From Gemmatimonadota bacterium (GTDB lineage: Bacteria; Gemmatimonadota; Gemmatimonadetes; Longimicrobiales; Gaopeijiaceae), in contig JAXHMG010000003.1 in the NCBI GenBank assembly GCA_034521595.1, positions 640,001 through 704,000 on the forward strand: DNA of 64,000 nt, given 5' to 3'. The notes below the pieces were generated by a model. The model was not told the origin of the DNA. It was given only the letters and a program-made list of their open reading frames with translations, and made no database searches. The translations under genes and the position numbers were made by a program. This document shows, one piece after another, positions 22,688 to 32,841 of this stretch (position 1 is its first letter; each line of letters opens with the position of its first letter).

Positions 22688-23956
22688 ATGAAGGTGCGCC
22701 AAGGTACCCTTCGTCTCCGACGCCTGTTTGCGCCGGTGCGCACCGGCGTCGCAGGGGCCATGTCTTTCGCATTGCTCACGGGCCTGGTGGCCTGCGGTGG
22801 TGGTGCCCAGGAGCCTTTCGACGGGGCCGTCGTGTCATCGGATCCGGAGCTCCGACGCCTCGCCGGTGAGCTATTGCCGGACGTCGCCGAGCGTGCCGGG
22901 CTCGAGTTGCGGGAGCCGGTCCGCGTCGAGAGGCGGACGCGTGGGGAGCTCGAAGGATATCTGCGGGCCAAGCTGGACGAAGAGCTGCCTCCGGATGAGG
23001 CACAGGCAACAGGGCGGGCCTATGCGATGTTGGGCCTCGTCGAGGAGGACCTGGATCTTCGGGCCCTTCTGCTGGATCTGTACACGGAGCAGGTGGCGGG
23101 GTTTTACGAGCCCGATTCGACCGCGCTCTTCGTGATGGACGACCAACCGCCGGACGCGCTGGAGGCCTTGCTCCTCCATGAGTTGGTGCACGCGGTCCAG
23201 GACCAGACCGTGGACCTGGACGAGCTCACGGACGGAGATCTCGGGAACGACCGGGCAGCGGCGGCGCACGCCGCCATCGAAGGACACGCGACCCTCGTGA
23301 TGCTCGAGTTCATGATGGAGCGGATGACGGGGCGAGCGGTCGACTTGGCGGAGGTTCCCGACTTCGGTGAGCAACTCCTCCCGGCCATAAGGGGAATGCA
23401 GGATCAGTTCCCGGCTCTGGGGAGCGCGCCCGAGGTCATCCAGCGGTCGTTGCTCTTCCCGTATACTCAGGGTGCCGGCTTCGTGCAGCACCTCTGGGCG
23501 TCGGAGGGGCGCGTTCCACCGTTCGGGTCCCGGCTTCCCACCTCGACCGAGCAGGTGTTGGAGCGTGATCTGGACGACGCGCCGGTCGAGGTGACGATCG
23601 ACGTGGAGGGAGGCACGGTCCTCCATGACGGCGTGCTGGGCCGTCTCGAGGTTGGGATTCTCGTCGAGACCCATCTGGGATCGGAGGCGTCCGAGCTGGC
23701 CCATGGATGGGGTGGGGATCGCTATGTGCTCGTCGACGTGCCCGGGAGCGACGATCCCGTCCTCGTGTGGGCCGTAGCCTGGGACAGTGAGGCGGCCCGG
23801 GATCGTTTCCTCACCGGGTTCAATCCCGTGCGCGACCACCTCGGGCCGGGAGCTCGGCTCGAAGCGACCGCGGTATCGGAGCAGCCCGCGGTGCTCCTCG
23901 TCGTCGGGGACGCGTCGTCGCTCGACGTGAGCCTGCGGATCCAGAGCGAGCGGTGA
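22688..23956 (+). CDS. putative lipoprotein zinc metallopeptidase (HExxH...EG motif)
   Basis: LVAC lipobox, VAGFY, HELVHAVQDQ, AIEGHAT, FPYTQG, STEQV, GWGGD. Confidence 0.7.
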   Translation: MKVRQGTLRLRRLFAPVRTGVAGAMSFALLTGLVACGGGAQEPFDGAVVSSDPELRRLAGELLPDVAERAGLELREPVRVERRTRGELEGYLRAKLDEELPPDEAQATGRAYAMLGLVEEDLDLRALLLDLYTEQVAGFYEPDSTALFVMDDQPPDALEALLLHELVHAVQDQTVDLDELTDGDLGNDRAAAAHAAIEGHATLVMLEFMMERMTGRAVDLAEVPDFGEQLLPAIRGMQDQFPALGSAPEVIQRSLLFPYTQGAGFVQHLWASEGRVPPFGSRLPTSTEQVLERDLDDAPVEVTIDVEGGTVLHDGVLGRLEVGILVETHLGSEASELAHGWGGDRYVLVDVPGSDDPVLVWAVAWDSEAARDRFLTGFNPVRDHLGPGARLEATAVSEQPAVLLVVGDASSLDVSLRIQSER

Positions 23957-25062
23957 TGAGGCCCAATGCGTTCCGAGTCGTTCGGGTCTCGGCCGGGGCG
24001 GGAGGGTACGACGTGGTCGTGGGCCAGGGGGCGGTCGAGGAGCTCCCCGATCTACTCGCCGAGCACGCGCCCGCGTACCGGTACGCGGTCGTGTCGGACA
24101 GCCGGGTGGCCGCCCTCCATGGAGAGCGCATCCGCGCTCGCTGTGCCGAGTCCGGGCTCCGGGTGGATCTGTTCTCGTTCCCTGAAGGTGAAGCCTCCAA
24201 GACGCGAGGGCAGTGGATCGAGCTGACCGACACCCTGCTGGAGGCCGGGTGTGGACGGGATACGGTCGTGGTCGCCGTGGGGGGAGGGGTCACGACCGAC
24301 CTGGGAGGGTTCGTGGCGGCCACGTTCCTGCGCGGCGTGCCGGTCGTTCAGGTTCCGACGAGCTATCTCGCCATGATCGATGCCTCGGTAGGGGGGAAGA
24401 CCGGGGTGGACGTGCCGGCGGGAAAAAACCTGGTCGGGGCGTTCCACCCTCCCTCTCTGGTGGTCGCGGACCCGGATGTCCTGGCGACGCTGCCCCGGGA
24501 AGAACGCGCGCAGGGCCTCGTTGAGGCGTTGAAGCACGGTGCGGTGCTGGACGCGGCGTATTTCGAGCGGCTCGAGCAGCTGATGCCCCAGCTGCTCGAG
24601 AGCGATCCGGCAGTGGCGGGCGAGGCCGTCGGGCGTTCCGTGGAGCTGAAGGCGGCGGTCGTGGAAGCGGACGAGCGTGAGGGTGGGTACCGACAGGTCC
24701 TCAACTTCGGTCACACCCTCGGTCACGCCCTGGAAGCGGCCTCCGACTATGAGGTCGGTCACGGTACCGCCGTCGCTGAAGGAATGTTGCTGGAAGCGGA
24801 GGTGGGCGAACGTATCGGAGTAACGGAGGATGGCACGCGCGAGCATCTCGAGGCGGGCCTGGGCGCGCTCGGGCTCCCGCCGCTCCCACGGCTCGACCCG
24901 GAGCGCGTTCAGCGCTACCTGTTGACGGACAAGAAGGCTCGTGACGGGCAACCGAGGTACGTGCTTCTCGGGCGCATCGGCGTGCCGCATCCGGGGGAGG
25001 GCTGGAGCCGTGCCGTTCCCACCGAGTTGGTGAGCGAGGTGCTCGCGACCCGGCTCGGGTAA
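23953..25062 (+). CDS. aroB: 3-dehydroquinate synthase
   Basis: GEASKT, GGGVTTDLGGF, DASVGGKTG, LNFGHTLGHALE. Confidence 0.96.
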   Translation: MMRPNAFRVVRVSAGAGGYDVVVGQGAVEELPDLLAEHAPAYRYAVVSDSRVAALHGERIRARCAESGLRVDLFSFPEGEASKTRGQWIELTDTLLEAGCGRDTVVVAVGGGVTTDLGGFVAATFLRGVPVVQVPTSYLAMIDASVGGKTGVDVPAGKNLVGAFHPPSLVVADPDVLATLPREERAQGLVEALKHGAVLDAAYFERLEQLMPQLLESDPAVAGEAVGRSVELKAAVVEADEREGGYRQVLNFGHTLGHALEAASDYEVGHGTAVAEGMLLEAEVGERIGVTEDGTREHLEAGLGALGLPPLPRLDPERVQRYLLTDKKARDGQPRYVLLGRIGVPHPGEGWSRAVPTELVSEVLATRLG

Positions 25063-25148
25063 GGGGACGGAGGCCGGGTTCGCATTGGCGGGTCCGGCCG
25101 GCCGGTCCTATCTTTGCCCTTTGCCCACGAACGCTGGCCGGAGGTGCT

Positions 25149-26750
25149 ATGGCGCTCAGCGAGCGCATCCGCGGTTCCACCCTCGCGTCCGTCCTCGGTC
25201 GAAGCGCGACCACCGACCCGGGGCGCACGTATCTTCACTTCAAGGACCAGGCGTTTTCGGTCGGGCGCATCGAGTCCGACGCGGAGTCGCTCGCGGCGGC
25301 CCTGGCCAACCTCGGAATTCAGGCGGGGGATCGCATCGCACTGATCTTGCCGCCACGTCCGGAGTTCGCGGTGGCCATGTTCGCGGCGGCAAAGCTCGGC
25401 GCGGTGGCGGTGCCCTTGAACCCGCGGGCGTCCACGGTCGACCTCCAGTACACATTGCGGCAGTCTGGCGCATCATGCGCCGTGACCATAGAGCGAGCCT
25501 TCGGACTGGACTATCTCGAGATCTTCGAAGATCTCATGCCCCAGCTTCCGGAGCTGCAGTACGTGGTGACGGTGGGCGAGGAGGACCTCTGGTACGACGA
25601 CAGGATCTTCCAGTACGAGGACCTGATCTCGGCGGGTGCGGGCCGCGACTACGAGCCGGTGGACGAGCCGCGGGCTCGGGCGCGGGATACCTTCGCGCTC
25701 GTCTACACCTCGGGAACCATGGGGAAGCCGAAGGGGGTGGAGCTGTCGCACGAGAACCTGCTCTCCGCCGCCGCCGGCACCGCCGAGGGCCTCGGACTGG
25801 CCCGTGAGGACAAGGTGCTCGGTGTCTCGGCCCTGTTCCACGTGTTCGGGTTAGGACCGGGCCTGCTCTCGACTCTCCTCGCGGGCGCGTCGCTGGTGCT
25901 CCAGGAGGATGGCGATCCGGGCGCCACGCTCGACGACGTGGAGCGCTTCGCTGCCACCGTGCATTACGGCATTCCGACCCTCTTCGTGGCCGAGATCGAG
26001 GAGCAAAGGCTGCGGCCGCGGGACCTGTCCTCGTTGCGCCTGGCACTCATGGCGGGCGCTCCCGTGGGGGACGAGCTCGTGGACGCCCTCGAGGAAACCT
26101 TCGGCGTCACGGTGCTGACGGCCTACACCATGACGGAAGCCGCATCGACGGTGACCATGACGGTTCCGGGCGATCCGGAAGACAAGCGCCGCTTCACCGT
26201 CGGCAAGGCCTTGGCGGGGACCGAAGTCCGGATCTTGGGGCCGGACGAAGGGGATTTGCCGGTGGAGAGCGTCGGGGAGATCCGGATCAAGGGACCGGGG
26301 GTGATGCGAGGGTACTATCGTCAGCCGCGCGAGACGGCCACGGTCTACGACGACGAAGGATACTTGCTCAGCGGGGACCTCGGGATTCTCGACGAGGACG
26401 GGTATCTCCATTTGGTCGGGCGCAGCAAGGACGTTATCATTCGCTCCAGTTTCAATGTGTATCCGCGGGAAGTGGAGGCTCGGATCGAGTCGCACCCTGC
26501 GGTCAGGGAGGTAGCGGTCCTCGGGGTCGCCGACTCCTTGCTCGGCGAAGCTATTTGTGCCTGCATCGTGCCCGTGGAGGGCGCGATCGTCTCGGAGCCC
26601 GAAATCCTCGACTGGTGTCGCGAAACACTCGCTGAAGCCAGAGTCCCGGATTTCGTGCAGTTTTGGGACGAGCTTCCCCGTACGGATACGGGTAAGCTGC
26701 GAAGGGGTGACCTGACTCGCCGGATCAACACGGAGCGTCAGTCGTCCTGA
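25149..26750 (+). CDS. class I adenylate-forming enzyme (long-chain acyl-CoA ligase-like)
   Basis: YTSGTMGKPKG, LFHVFG, MTEA, SGDLG, GRSKD, LPRTDTGK. Confidence 0.9.
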   Translation: MALSERIRGSTLASVLGRSATTDPGRTYLHFKDQAFSVGRIESDAESLAAALANLGIQAGDRIALILPPRPEFAVAMFAAAKLGAVAVPLNPRASTVDLQYTLRQSGASCAVTIERAFGLDYLEIFEDLMPQLPELQYVVTVGEEDLWYDDRIFQYEDLISAGAGRDYEPVDEPRARARDTFALVYTSGTMGKPKGVELSHENLLSAAAGTAEGLGLAREDKVLGVSALFHVFGLGPGLLSTLLAGASLVLQEDGDPGATLDDVERFAATVHYGIPTLFVAEIEEQRLRPRDLSSLRLALMAGAPVGDELVDALEETFGVTVLTAYTMTEAASTVTMTVPGDPEDKRRFTVGKALAGTEVRILGPDEGDLPVESVGEIRIKGPGVMRGYYRQPRETATVYDDEGYLLSGDLGILDEDGYLHLVGRSKDVIIRSSFNVYPREVEARIESHPAVREVAVLGVADSLLGEAICACIVPVEGAIVSEPEILDWCRETLAEARVPDFVQFWDELPRTDTGKLRRGDLTRRINTERQSS

Positions 26751-26848
26751 ACCTGGGGCCGCCGCGCTCGTGGTGAGCGCGCCGAAGGGCTTCCCCGACC
26801 CGGGCCGTGATCGAAACGGACGTGGTGCGGGTGGGGAGGTCTCGCGGC

Positions 26849-28870
26849 ATGAACCATGTCTACGAGACGAAAACATCTATGATTACACCGTACACGACGG
26901 CCCCCCACCAAGGGGGATCCGCCTTCTCCGGGGCGTCCGCCACGCCTCACGCCGCGCTGCTCATCGACTTCGACAACGTCACGATGGGAATGCGCAGCGA
27001 CCTGTCCAAGGAGATCAAGACGCTCTTGGGCTCCGACGTCATCAAGGGCAAGGTCAGTGTGCAGCGGGCGTATGCCGATTGGCGGCGCTATCCACAGTAT
27101 ATCGTGCCCCTTTCCGAGGCCTCGGTCGACCTGATCTTTGCTCCGGCATACGGGAGCAACAAGAAGAACGCGACCGACATACGCATGGCGATCGACGCCC
27201 TCGAGCTCATCTTCATTCGCCCGGAGATCGGCACGTACATCCTGCTTACGGGTGACTCCGACTTCTCGAGCTTGGTGCTCAAGCTCAAGGAGTACGGCAA
27301 GTACGTCATCGGGGTCGGGATCCAGGAGTCGAGCTCGGACATCCTCGTGCAGAACTGTGACGAATACTATTCGTACACCAGCCTGACGGGCCTCACGAAG
27401 ACGACCGACGTGCCTCAGGGCACGAGCGATCCGTGGGTGCTCGTCAAGGACGCGGTGACGAAGATGGTCCAGCGTGACGACGTCATGCGCTCCGACCGCC
27501 TGAAGCAGGTGATGCAGGAGATCGATTCGAGTTTCGACGAGGGCGCGCTCGGCTTCAGCAAGTTCAGCAAGTTCCTCTCCGAAGCGTCCTCTCGCGGGCT
27601 CGTTAAGCTGCGAAAGCTCGAGAACGGTCAGTACGAGATCGACGCGCCGAAGGGAAAGGGGGGACGCAACGGCGGTGGAGACTCGGATGGAGGTCGGAGT
27701 CGTCGAGACCGGAAGCCCCGAGGCGGAAGCGGACGGCGTGAGCGGCAGGACCGGGACGACGATCGTGCCACCCGAGGACGTGGTTCCGACGCGGGCGAGG
27801 ACGGATCCGCCGGACGCCAAGAGCAAGCGGCCGAGGCGCCCGCCTCGAACGAACAGGCGGTGAGCGAAGCGATCGACGTGCTGACCGGGACGCTGGAGCG
27901 ACTCAGCCGGGACGGGCGGGAGTCGGTTCGGGATTCCGACGTCAAGCGGAAGATCCTCGAGACTCATCCCGATTTCGACGAGGCTGCGCTGGGCTTCAGC
28001 AAGTTCAGCAAGTTCCTGTCGGAAGCGGTCGATCGGGGCGCGGTCGTCATCACGCGCACCGAGAACGGATCGTCGGAGGTGGCGCTCCCGGACCGAGCGG
28101 AAGCCCGATCGGACAACGGTCCGGCCGTGACCTCCGGGGTCGGCTCCGAGGCGGGGAAGCCCGACCGGCCGACCGAGGAGCCGGACACGAGCGACGGGGA
28201 CGGGGGCGACCGTAAGCCGTCGGCCGATTCCGGCGCCGTCGGTGCCGCTGCGAGTCACGACGTAGCCCACGATGTCACAGCCCACGATCAGGATACCGGC
28301 ACGGACGTTGCGGGCGATGGAGGTCCGAAAGTCGTCGAGGTCGAGCCCCCCAAGACCGACCGTGGGCTCAAGCTGGGTCCGCGCGGCGGCTCCACCCGTC
28401 GCCGCTCCAGCACCACGGAAGATACCGTGCCCCTCTTCGAGGGACAGACGGTACCGTCGCCTTCCGCCGGCAAATCCGAGCAGGACCGATCATCCCGGGC
28501 GTCTCCGGCTCCGGAGCGCCAGGAACGTCCGAAGCAAGCCGACGTCCAGCGGAGTGAGCCGGAGAGTTCCGACGCACCGACGGGAGAAGGCGTCGACTTG
28601 AAGGGGCTCGGTCTGCCGACGGATCCGGACGCGATCGTGCGTTACATGACTCACCGGTACAAGGGTGTGGGCGAGAAGACGGCCGAGACGCTCGTGGACC
28701 GGTTCGGGACCGACGTCTTCACGGTGCTTCGGGACGAGCCCGACCGCATCCGTGACGCGGTTCCGGCCCGCCGCGGCGAGCAGGTGCTCGAGGCCTGGAC
28801 TGTCGACTACGAACGGCGTACCGGCCAAGCCGCTTCTCGTGGTGGATCGGGCGGGTCCCACCAGGACTGA
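26849..28870 (+). CDS. NYN-domain RNase with two OST-HTH/LOTUS domains, a long low-complexity linker and a C-terminal RecD2-like HhH module
   Basis: NYN LIDFDN, KNATDIRMAIDA, TGDSDF; two FDExALGFSKFSKFLSEA repeats; C-terminal RYKGVGEKTAETLVDRFG; GGAGG RBS before ATG 26849. Confidence 0.85.
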   Translation: MNHVYETKTSMITPYTTAPHQGGSAFSGASATPHAALLIDFDNVTMGMRSDLSKEIKTLLGSDVIKGKVSVQRAYADWRRYPQYIVPLSEASVDLIFAPAYGSNKKNATDIRMAIDALELIFIRPEIGTYILLTGDSDFSSLVLKLKEYGKYVIGVGIQESSSDILVQNCDEYYSYTSLTGLTKTTDVPQGTSDPWVLVKDAVTKMVQRDDVMRSDRLKQVMQEIDSSFDEGALGFSKFSKFLSEASSRGLVKLRKLENGQYEIDAPKGKGGRNGGGDSDGGRSRRDRKPRGGSGRRERQDRDDDRATRGRGSDAGEDGSAGRQEQAAEAPASNEQAVSEAIDVLTGTLERLSRDGRESVRDSDVKRKILETHPDFDEAALGFSKFSKFLSEAVDRGAVVITRTENGSSEVALPDRAEARSDNGPAVTSGVGSEAGKPDRPTEEPDTSDGDGGDRKPSADSGAVGAAASHDVAHDVTAHDQDTGTDVAGDGGPKVVEVEPPKTDRGLKLGPRGGSTRRRSSTTEDTVPLFEGQTVPSPSAGKSEQDRSSRASPAPERQERPKQADVQRSEPESSDAPTGEGVDLKGLGLPTDPDAIVRYMTHRYKGVGEKTAETLVDRFGTDVFTVLRDEPDRIRDAVPARRGEQVLEAWTVDYERRTGQAASRGGSGGSHQD

Positions 28871-28883
28871 CCGGGTCGACGAA

Positions 28884-29516
28884 ATGTCCGCGCCGGACGG
28901 GGTGCGGACATTTTGTACGCGTGGTCCTCTCGAGTTGGCCCGAGCGCTGCTCGGATGCCGGCTCGTTTCGACCCTGGGGGGCGTCGAGGTTTCGGGTACG
29001 ATCGTCGAGACCGAAGCCTACGGGGGACCGGAGGACCCAGCTTCACACGCCTGTACCGTGTCGGGCGTCACCGATCGAAACCGGGCGATGTTCGGGCCGG
29101 CCGGCTACGCCTACGTGTATCGCAGCTACGGCGTCCACTGGTGCCTCAACGTGGTCTCGGGTCCGGATGGAGTACCCGGAGCCGTGCTTTTACGCGGAAT
29201 CGAACCCGTTTCGGGGATCGATGTCATGCGCGGCAGACGGTCCGGCCGACGCCCCCTGTCCGCGGGACCGGGACGACTCTGTGAAGCGCTCGGTGTGACG
29301 GGCGAGCTCTACGGCCATGACCTCGGACGGCCGCCCCTCCGACTGCACCCGGGGGCGCCTGTTGCTGCCGCTCGGGTGGGGGTATCCGGACGGGTCGGCG
29401 TGCGTGAGGCGGCGGATTGGCCCCACCGGCTCTATGTTCGGGGAGCCGTCGGCGTCTCTCGCCCGGATGGTTGGGATCCCGTGGCTGCTAACTCGAAGCG
29501 GAGAACGCCGGAATGA
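28884..29516 (+). CDS. mpg: DNA-3-methyladenine glycosylase (AAG/MPG family)
   Basis: IVETEAY, DPASH, MFGPAG..YVYRSYGVHWCLNVV, AVLLRG, GPGRLC, RVGV. Confidence 0.93.
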   Translation: MSAPDGVRTFCTRGPLELARALLGCRLVSTLGGVEVSGTIVETEAYGGPEDPASHACTVSGVTDRNRAMFGPAGYAYVYRSYGVHWCLNVVSGPDGVPGAVLLRGIEPVSGIDVMRGRRSGRRPLSAGPGRLCEALGVTGELYGHDLGRPPLRLHPGAPVAAARVGVSGRVGVREAADWPHRLYVRGAVGVSRPDGWDPVAANSKRRTPE

Positions 29517-30925
29517 TCGAACCGGGCTGGATTTCGCTCCTCCCCCCCGTCCTCGCCATCGCGCTCGCCATCTGGAGCCGGCAGGTGTATCTCTCTCTCG
29601 CGGGTGGCATCTGGCTCGGGTGGACCATTCTCGAGGGATGGGATCCTTTGGTCGGGATCGCGGCGACGGTCGAGGGAATCGTGGCTGTCCTGGGGAGCGC
29701 GGGCGATGCGAGGGTGATCCTCTTCACTCTCGTGATCGGTGCGCTGATCGCGACCATCGAAGCGGCAGGCGGCTTCCGGGGCTTCGTGCACGCGCTGGAG
29801 CGGAATCGCTGGGTCGATTCGGCCCGCCGATCGCAACTGCTGGCGTGGGCGACGGGCGTCGTGATCTTCATCGAGTCGAATATCACGGTGTTGGTCGCCG
29901 GCTCGGTCGCTCGACCCCTCTTCGACCGGTATCGATGCTCACGAGAGAAGCTCGCTTATATCATCGATTCCACTTCGGCTCCCATCTGTATCCTGATCCC
30001 GATGAACGCGTGGGGGGCGTACAATTTGGGGATCCTCGAAAGCCTCGGCGTCGAGAACGCATTCGGGGTGTTCCTGAACGCGGTGGTTCTGAACTTCTAC
30101 GCGTTGGCCGCGATCCTGCTCGTGCTCGCCGTCATCGTGTGGAGCATCGACATCGGGCCGATGCGGAAAGCCGAAGAGCGAGCTCGGGGGGGAGAGGTGC
30201 TGTGGCCGGAAGCCACCCCGATGATCGACGAGGACGTGCTCTCCACTGAACCGAAAGAGGATTTCCCCGCCCGTGCCCGGAACATGGTGGTCCCCATCGC
30301 GGCGATGGTGCTCTTCATGCCGGTGGGCCTCTACATCACCGGTGACGGCTCCCTCGTCGAAGGGACGGGCTCGACCAGCGTGCTGTGGTCCGTGCTGTTC
30401 GGGCTCGCCGTCGCGTGGGTCATGCTGCTGGCTCAGCGGGGATTCAGCCAGAACGAGCTCGTGCGGCTCGCGTTGAAGGGGGGAGGGGGGTTGGTGCCGC
30501 TCGCTCTGATCCTGCTTCTCGCGCTCGCTCTGGGGAACGTCGTCGAGGAGCTCGGCACGGGTGTCTATGTTGCGCAGGTCACGGCCGGCACGATGCCGAA
30601 TGCGATCTATCTGCCGCTCGTATTCCTCGTGGCCGGGGGGATCGCCTTCTCGACCGGAACGAGCTGGGGCACGTTCGCCATCATGCTGCCGATCGCCGTG
30701 CCGGCCGCCGAGTCCATGGGGCTTCCGCTCGCCCCCTTCGTCGCGGCTTCGCTGGCCGGTGGGATCTTCGGGGACCACTGCTCTCCGATCAGCGACACGA
30801 CCATCATCTCTTCGATGGCGGCGGCGACGGACCATATCGACCACGTCCGCACGCAGCTTCCCTACGCCCTCCTGGGGGGTGGGTTCGCGACCGTGGCTTT
30901 CAGTATACTTGGAGCTTCCCTGTAG
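29513..30925 (+). CDS. NhaC-family Na+/H+ antiporter-like transporter
   Basis: SREKLAYIIDSTSAP, FSTGTSWGTFAI, GDHCSPISDTTI, HIDHVRTQLPY. Confidence 0.9.
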   Translation: MIEPGWISLLPPVLAIALAIWSRQVYLSLAGGIWLGWTILEGWDPLVGIAATVEGIVAVLGSAGDARVILFTLVIGALIATIEAAGGFRGFVHALERNRWVDSARRSQLLAWATGVVIFIESNITVLVAGSVARPLFDRYRCSREKLAYIIDSTSAPICILIPMNAWGAYNLGILESLGVENAFGVFLNAVVLNFYALAAILLVLAVIVWSIDIGPMRKAEERARGGEVLWPEATPMIDEDVLSTEPKEDFPARARNMVVPIAAMVLFMPVGLYITGDGSLVEGTGSTSVLWSVLFGLAVAWVMLLAQRGFSQNELVRLALKGGGGLVPLALILLLALALGNVVEELGTGVYVAQVTAGTMPNAIYLPLVFLVAGGIAFSTGTSWGTFAIMLPIAVPAAESMGLPLAPFVAASLAGGIFGDHCSPISDTTIISSMAAATDHIDHVRTQLPYALLGGGFATVAFSILGASL

Positions 30926-31047
30926 TCCTCGTAGCGGCCGGGATCCCGGGTCGAAGTGGGGGGTACGCGGGCCGGGCGTCTCTCGGGAGGCGGTATCGTG
31001 AGGACGCGTGAAGCACTGGATCTCATCAGCATATCGGAGAACAAGCG

Positions 31048-31797
31048 TTGAACGTCATCGTGTGTGTAAAGCGGGTACCGGATACCGAAACGCGGATTCG
31101 GGTCGACGACTCGGGGAACGAAATCGATCCGTCCGGCGTCAAGTTCATCATCAGCCCGTACGACGAATTCGCCGTCGAGGCGGGTCTTCGTGCCAAGGAA
31201 GCCGCCGGTGACGGCACCGTCCATCTGGTGAGCTTCGGTGACGCGGCCGCTCAGGAAACGCTACGCTCGGGCCTGGCGATGGGCGCCGACGGGGCCACGC
31301 TCCTGGTCGGAGAGCCCACGGTCGACGGGCTCGCGACCGCGAAGGTGCTCGCGAACGAGTTGGAGGGGGCGGACGCCCCGCTGATCTTGTTCGGGGTCAA
31401 GGCGGCCGACGACGACCAGCAGCAGGTGGGGCCGATGGTGGCCACGCTCTTGGGACGCCCGTGCGTGACCGGTGTGACTTCGTTCGAGGTACAGGACGGC
31501 AAGGCCGTTTGCCACCGTGAAGTCGAGGGCGGAAGCGAGGTGGTGGAGGTGGATCTTCCGGCCGCGCTGACCATCACGAAGGGCGCGTATGAGCCCCGCT
31601 ACGCTTCCCTGAAGGGCATCATGGCGGCGAAGAAGAAGCCGCTCGAGCAGAAGGACGCCGCGGCCGCCGATCCCCAGCTGCGCGTCGTTCGGTTGACCGA
31701 GCCCGCGCCGCGTTCGGCCGGAAGGATCGTCGGCGAGGGTCCGGACGCGGTGCCCGAGCTCGTGCGACTGCTCCGCGAAGAAGCCAACGCGCTCTGA
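31048..31797 (+). CDS. etfB: electron transfer flavoprotein beta subunit
   Basis: IVCVKRVPD, PYDEFAVE, LAMGAD, PRYASLKGIMAAKKK. Confidence 0.95.
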   Translation: MNVIVCVKRVPDTETRIRVDDSGNEIDPSGVKFIISPYDEFAVEAGLRAKEAAGDGTVHLVSFGDAAAQETLRSGLAMGADGATLLVGEPTVDGLATAKVLANELEGADAPLILFGVKAADDDQQQVGPMVATLLGRPCVTGVTSFEVQDGKAVCHREVEGGSEVVEVDLPAALTITKGAYEPRYASLKGIMAAKKKPLEQKDAAAADPQLRVVRLTEPAPRSAGRIVGEGPDAVPELVRLLREEANAL

Positions 31798-31851
31798 GCC
31801 GGATTGGATTTCCACCAACGATATTCCTTGAACAGTTAGTCGGAGATAGAC

Positions 31852-32841
31852 ATGGCGGACGTTCTCGCATTTGCGGAACAGCGTGACGGGCAGATCGGTG
31901 GATCGGCCCGGGAAGCGGTCAGCGCGGCGGCGCGGCTTGCCGGTTCACTCGAGGGGGCCGCGCACGCGCTCGTGCTCGGCGCGCCCGGAATCTCGGAGCA
32001 AGGCGGCGACCTCGGCCGCTTCGGAGCCGAAGTGGTGCACGTGGGAGAGCACGAGGCGCTGGAGGGGTACAATCCAGAAGCGTACGCGGCGGTCGTCGCG
32101 GAGCGTGTTCGCGAAGGTGGATACCATGCGGTCATCTTTCCGGCGACCACGCTCGGCAAGGACCTGGCGCCCAGGGTCGCGGCATCCCTGGATGTGCCGC
32201 TCGCCGCCGACGTGACGGGGCTCGAGGCCGAGGGCGGGAAGATCTCCATCGTGCGGCCCGTGTATTCCGGGAAGGCCTTCGCGCACCTGGAAGCGGAGAC
32301 GACCCCCGTGCTCGTCTCCATTCGCCCCAACGTTTTCCACGCGGCAGAGTTGAACGCGGCCGGTGCGGTCGAGACCTTCACGCCGGAGGTCGATCCGCAG
32401 GCCCTCCGCGTGCGCGTGCTCGAGCGGAAGGGTGCGGGCGATGGGCAGCTCGACGTCTCCGAAGCCGCGATCATCGTCTCGGGTGGGCGTGGCATGAAAG
32501 ATCCGGAGAACTGGGGCCTGCTCGAAGGCCTGCGGGACGCCATCGGATCCGGAGCCGCCCTGGGTGCTTCGCGGGCGGTGGTGGACGCGGGGTGGCGGCC
32601 TCACGGCGAGCAGGTCGGACAGACCGGTAAGACGGTCGCGCCGAAGCTCTACTTCGCGGTCGGAATCTCGGGGGCGATTCAACACCTCGCCGGCATGCGC
32701 ACGTCGCAGACCATCGTGGCGATCAACAAGGATGCGGACGCTCCGATCTTCGGGGTGGCCGACTACGGCATCGTGGGCGACCTCTTCGACGTGCTCCCGC
32801 GACTCACGGAAGAGATCTCGGCCCTGAAGTCCGGGGATTAG
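31852..32841 (+). CDS. etfA: electron transfer flavoprotein alpha subunit
   Basis: VSGGRG, GASRAVVDAGW, QVGQTGK, GISGAIQH, INKDADAPIF. Confidence 0.96.
   Translation: MADVLAFAEQRDGQIGGSAREAVSAAARLAGSLEGAAHALVLGAPGISEQGGDLGRFGAEVVHVGEHEALEGYNPEAYAAVVAERVREGGYHAVIFPATTLGKDLAPRVAASLDVPLAADVTGLEAEGGKISIVRPVYSGKAFAHLEAETTPVLVSIRPNVFHAAELNAAGAVETFTPEVDPQALRVRVLERKGAGDGQLDVSEAAIIVSGGRGMKDPENWGLLEGLRDAIGSGAALGASRAVVDAGWRPHGEQVGQTGKTVAPKLYFAVGISGAIQHLAGMRTSQTIVAINKDADAPIFGVADYGIVGDLFDVLPRLTEEISALKSGD

Noticed and set aside
26849-29516. NYN gene as part of a toxin-antitoxin or anti-phage island
   Set aside because: It is embedded among housekeeping genes with no evident compositional shift, antitoxin or other defence genes.
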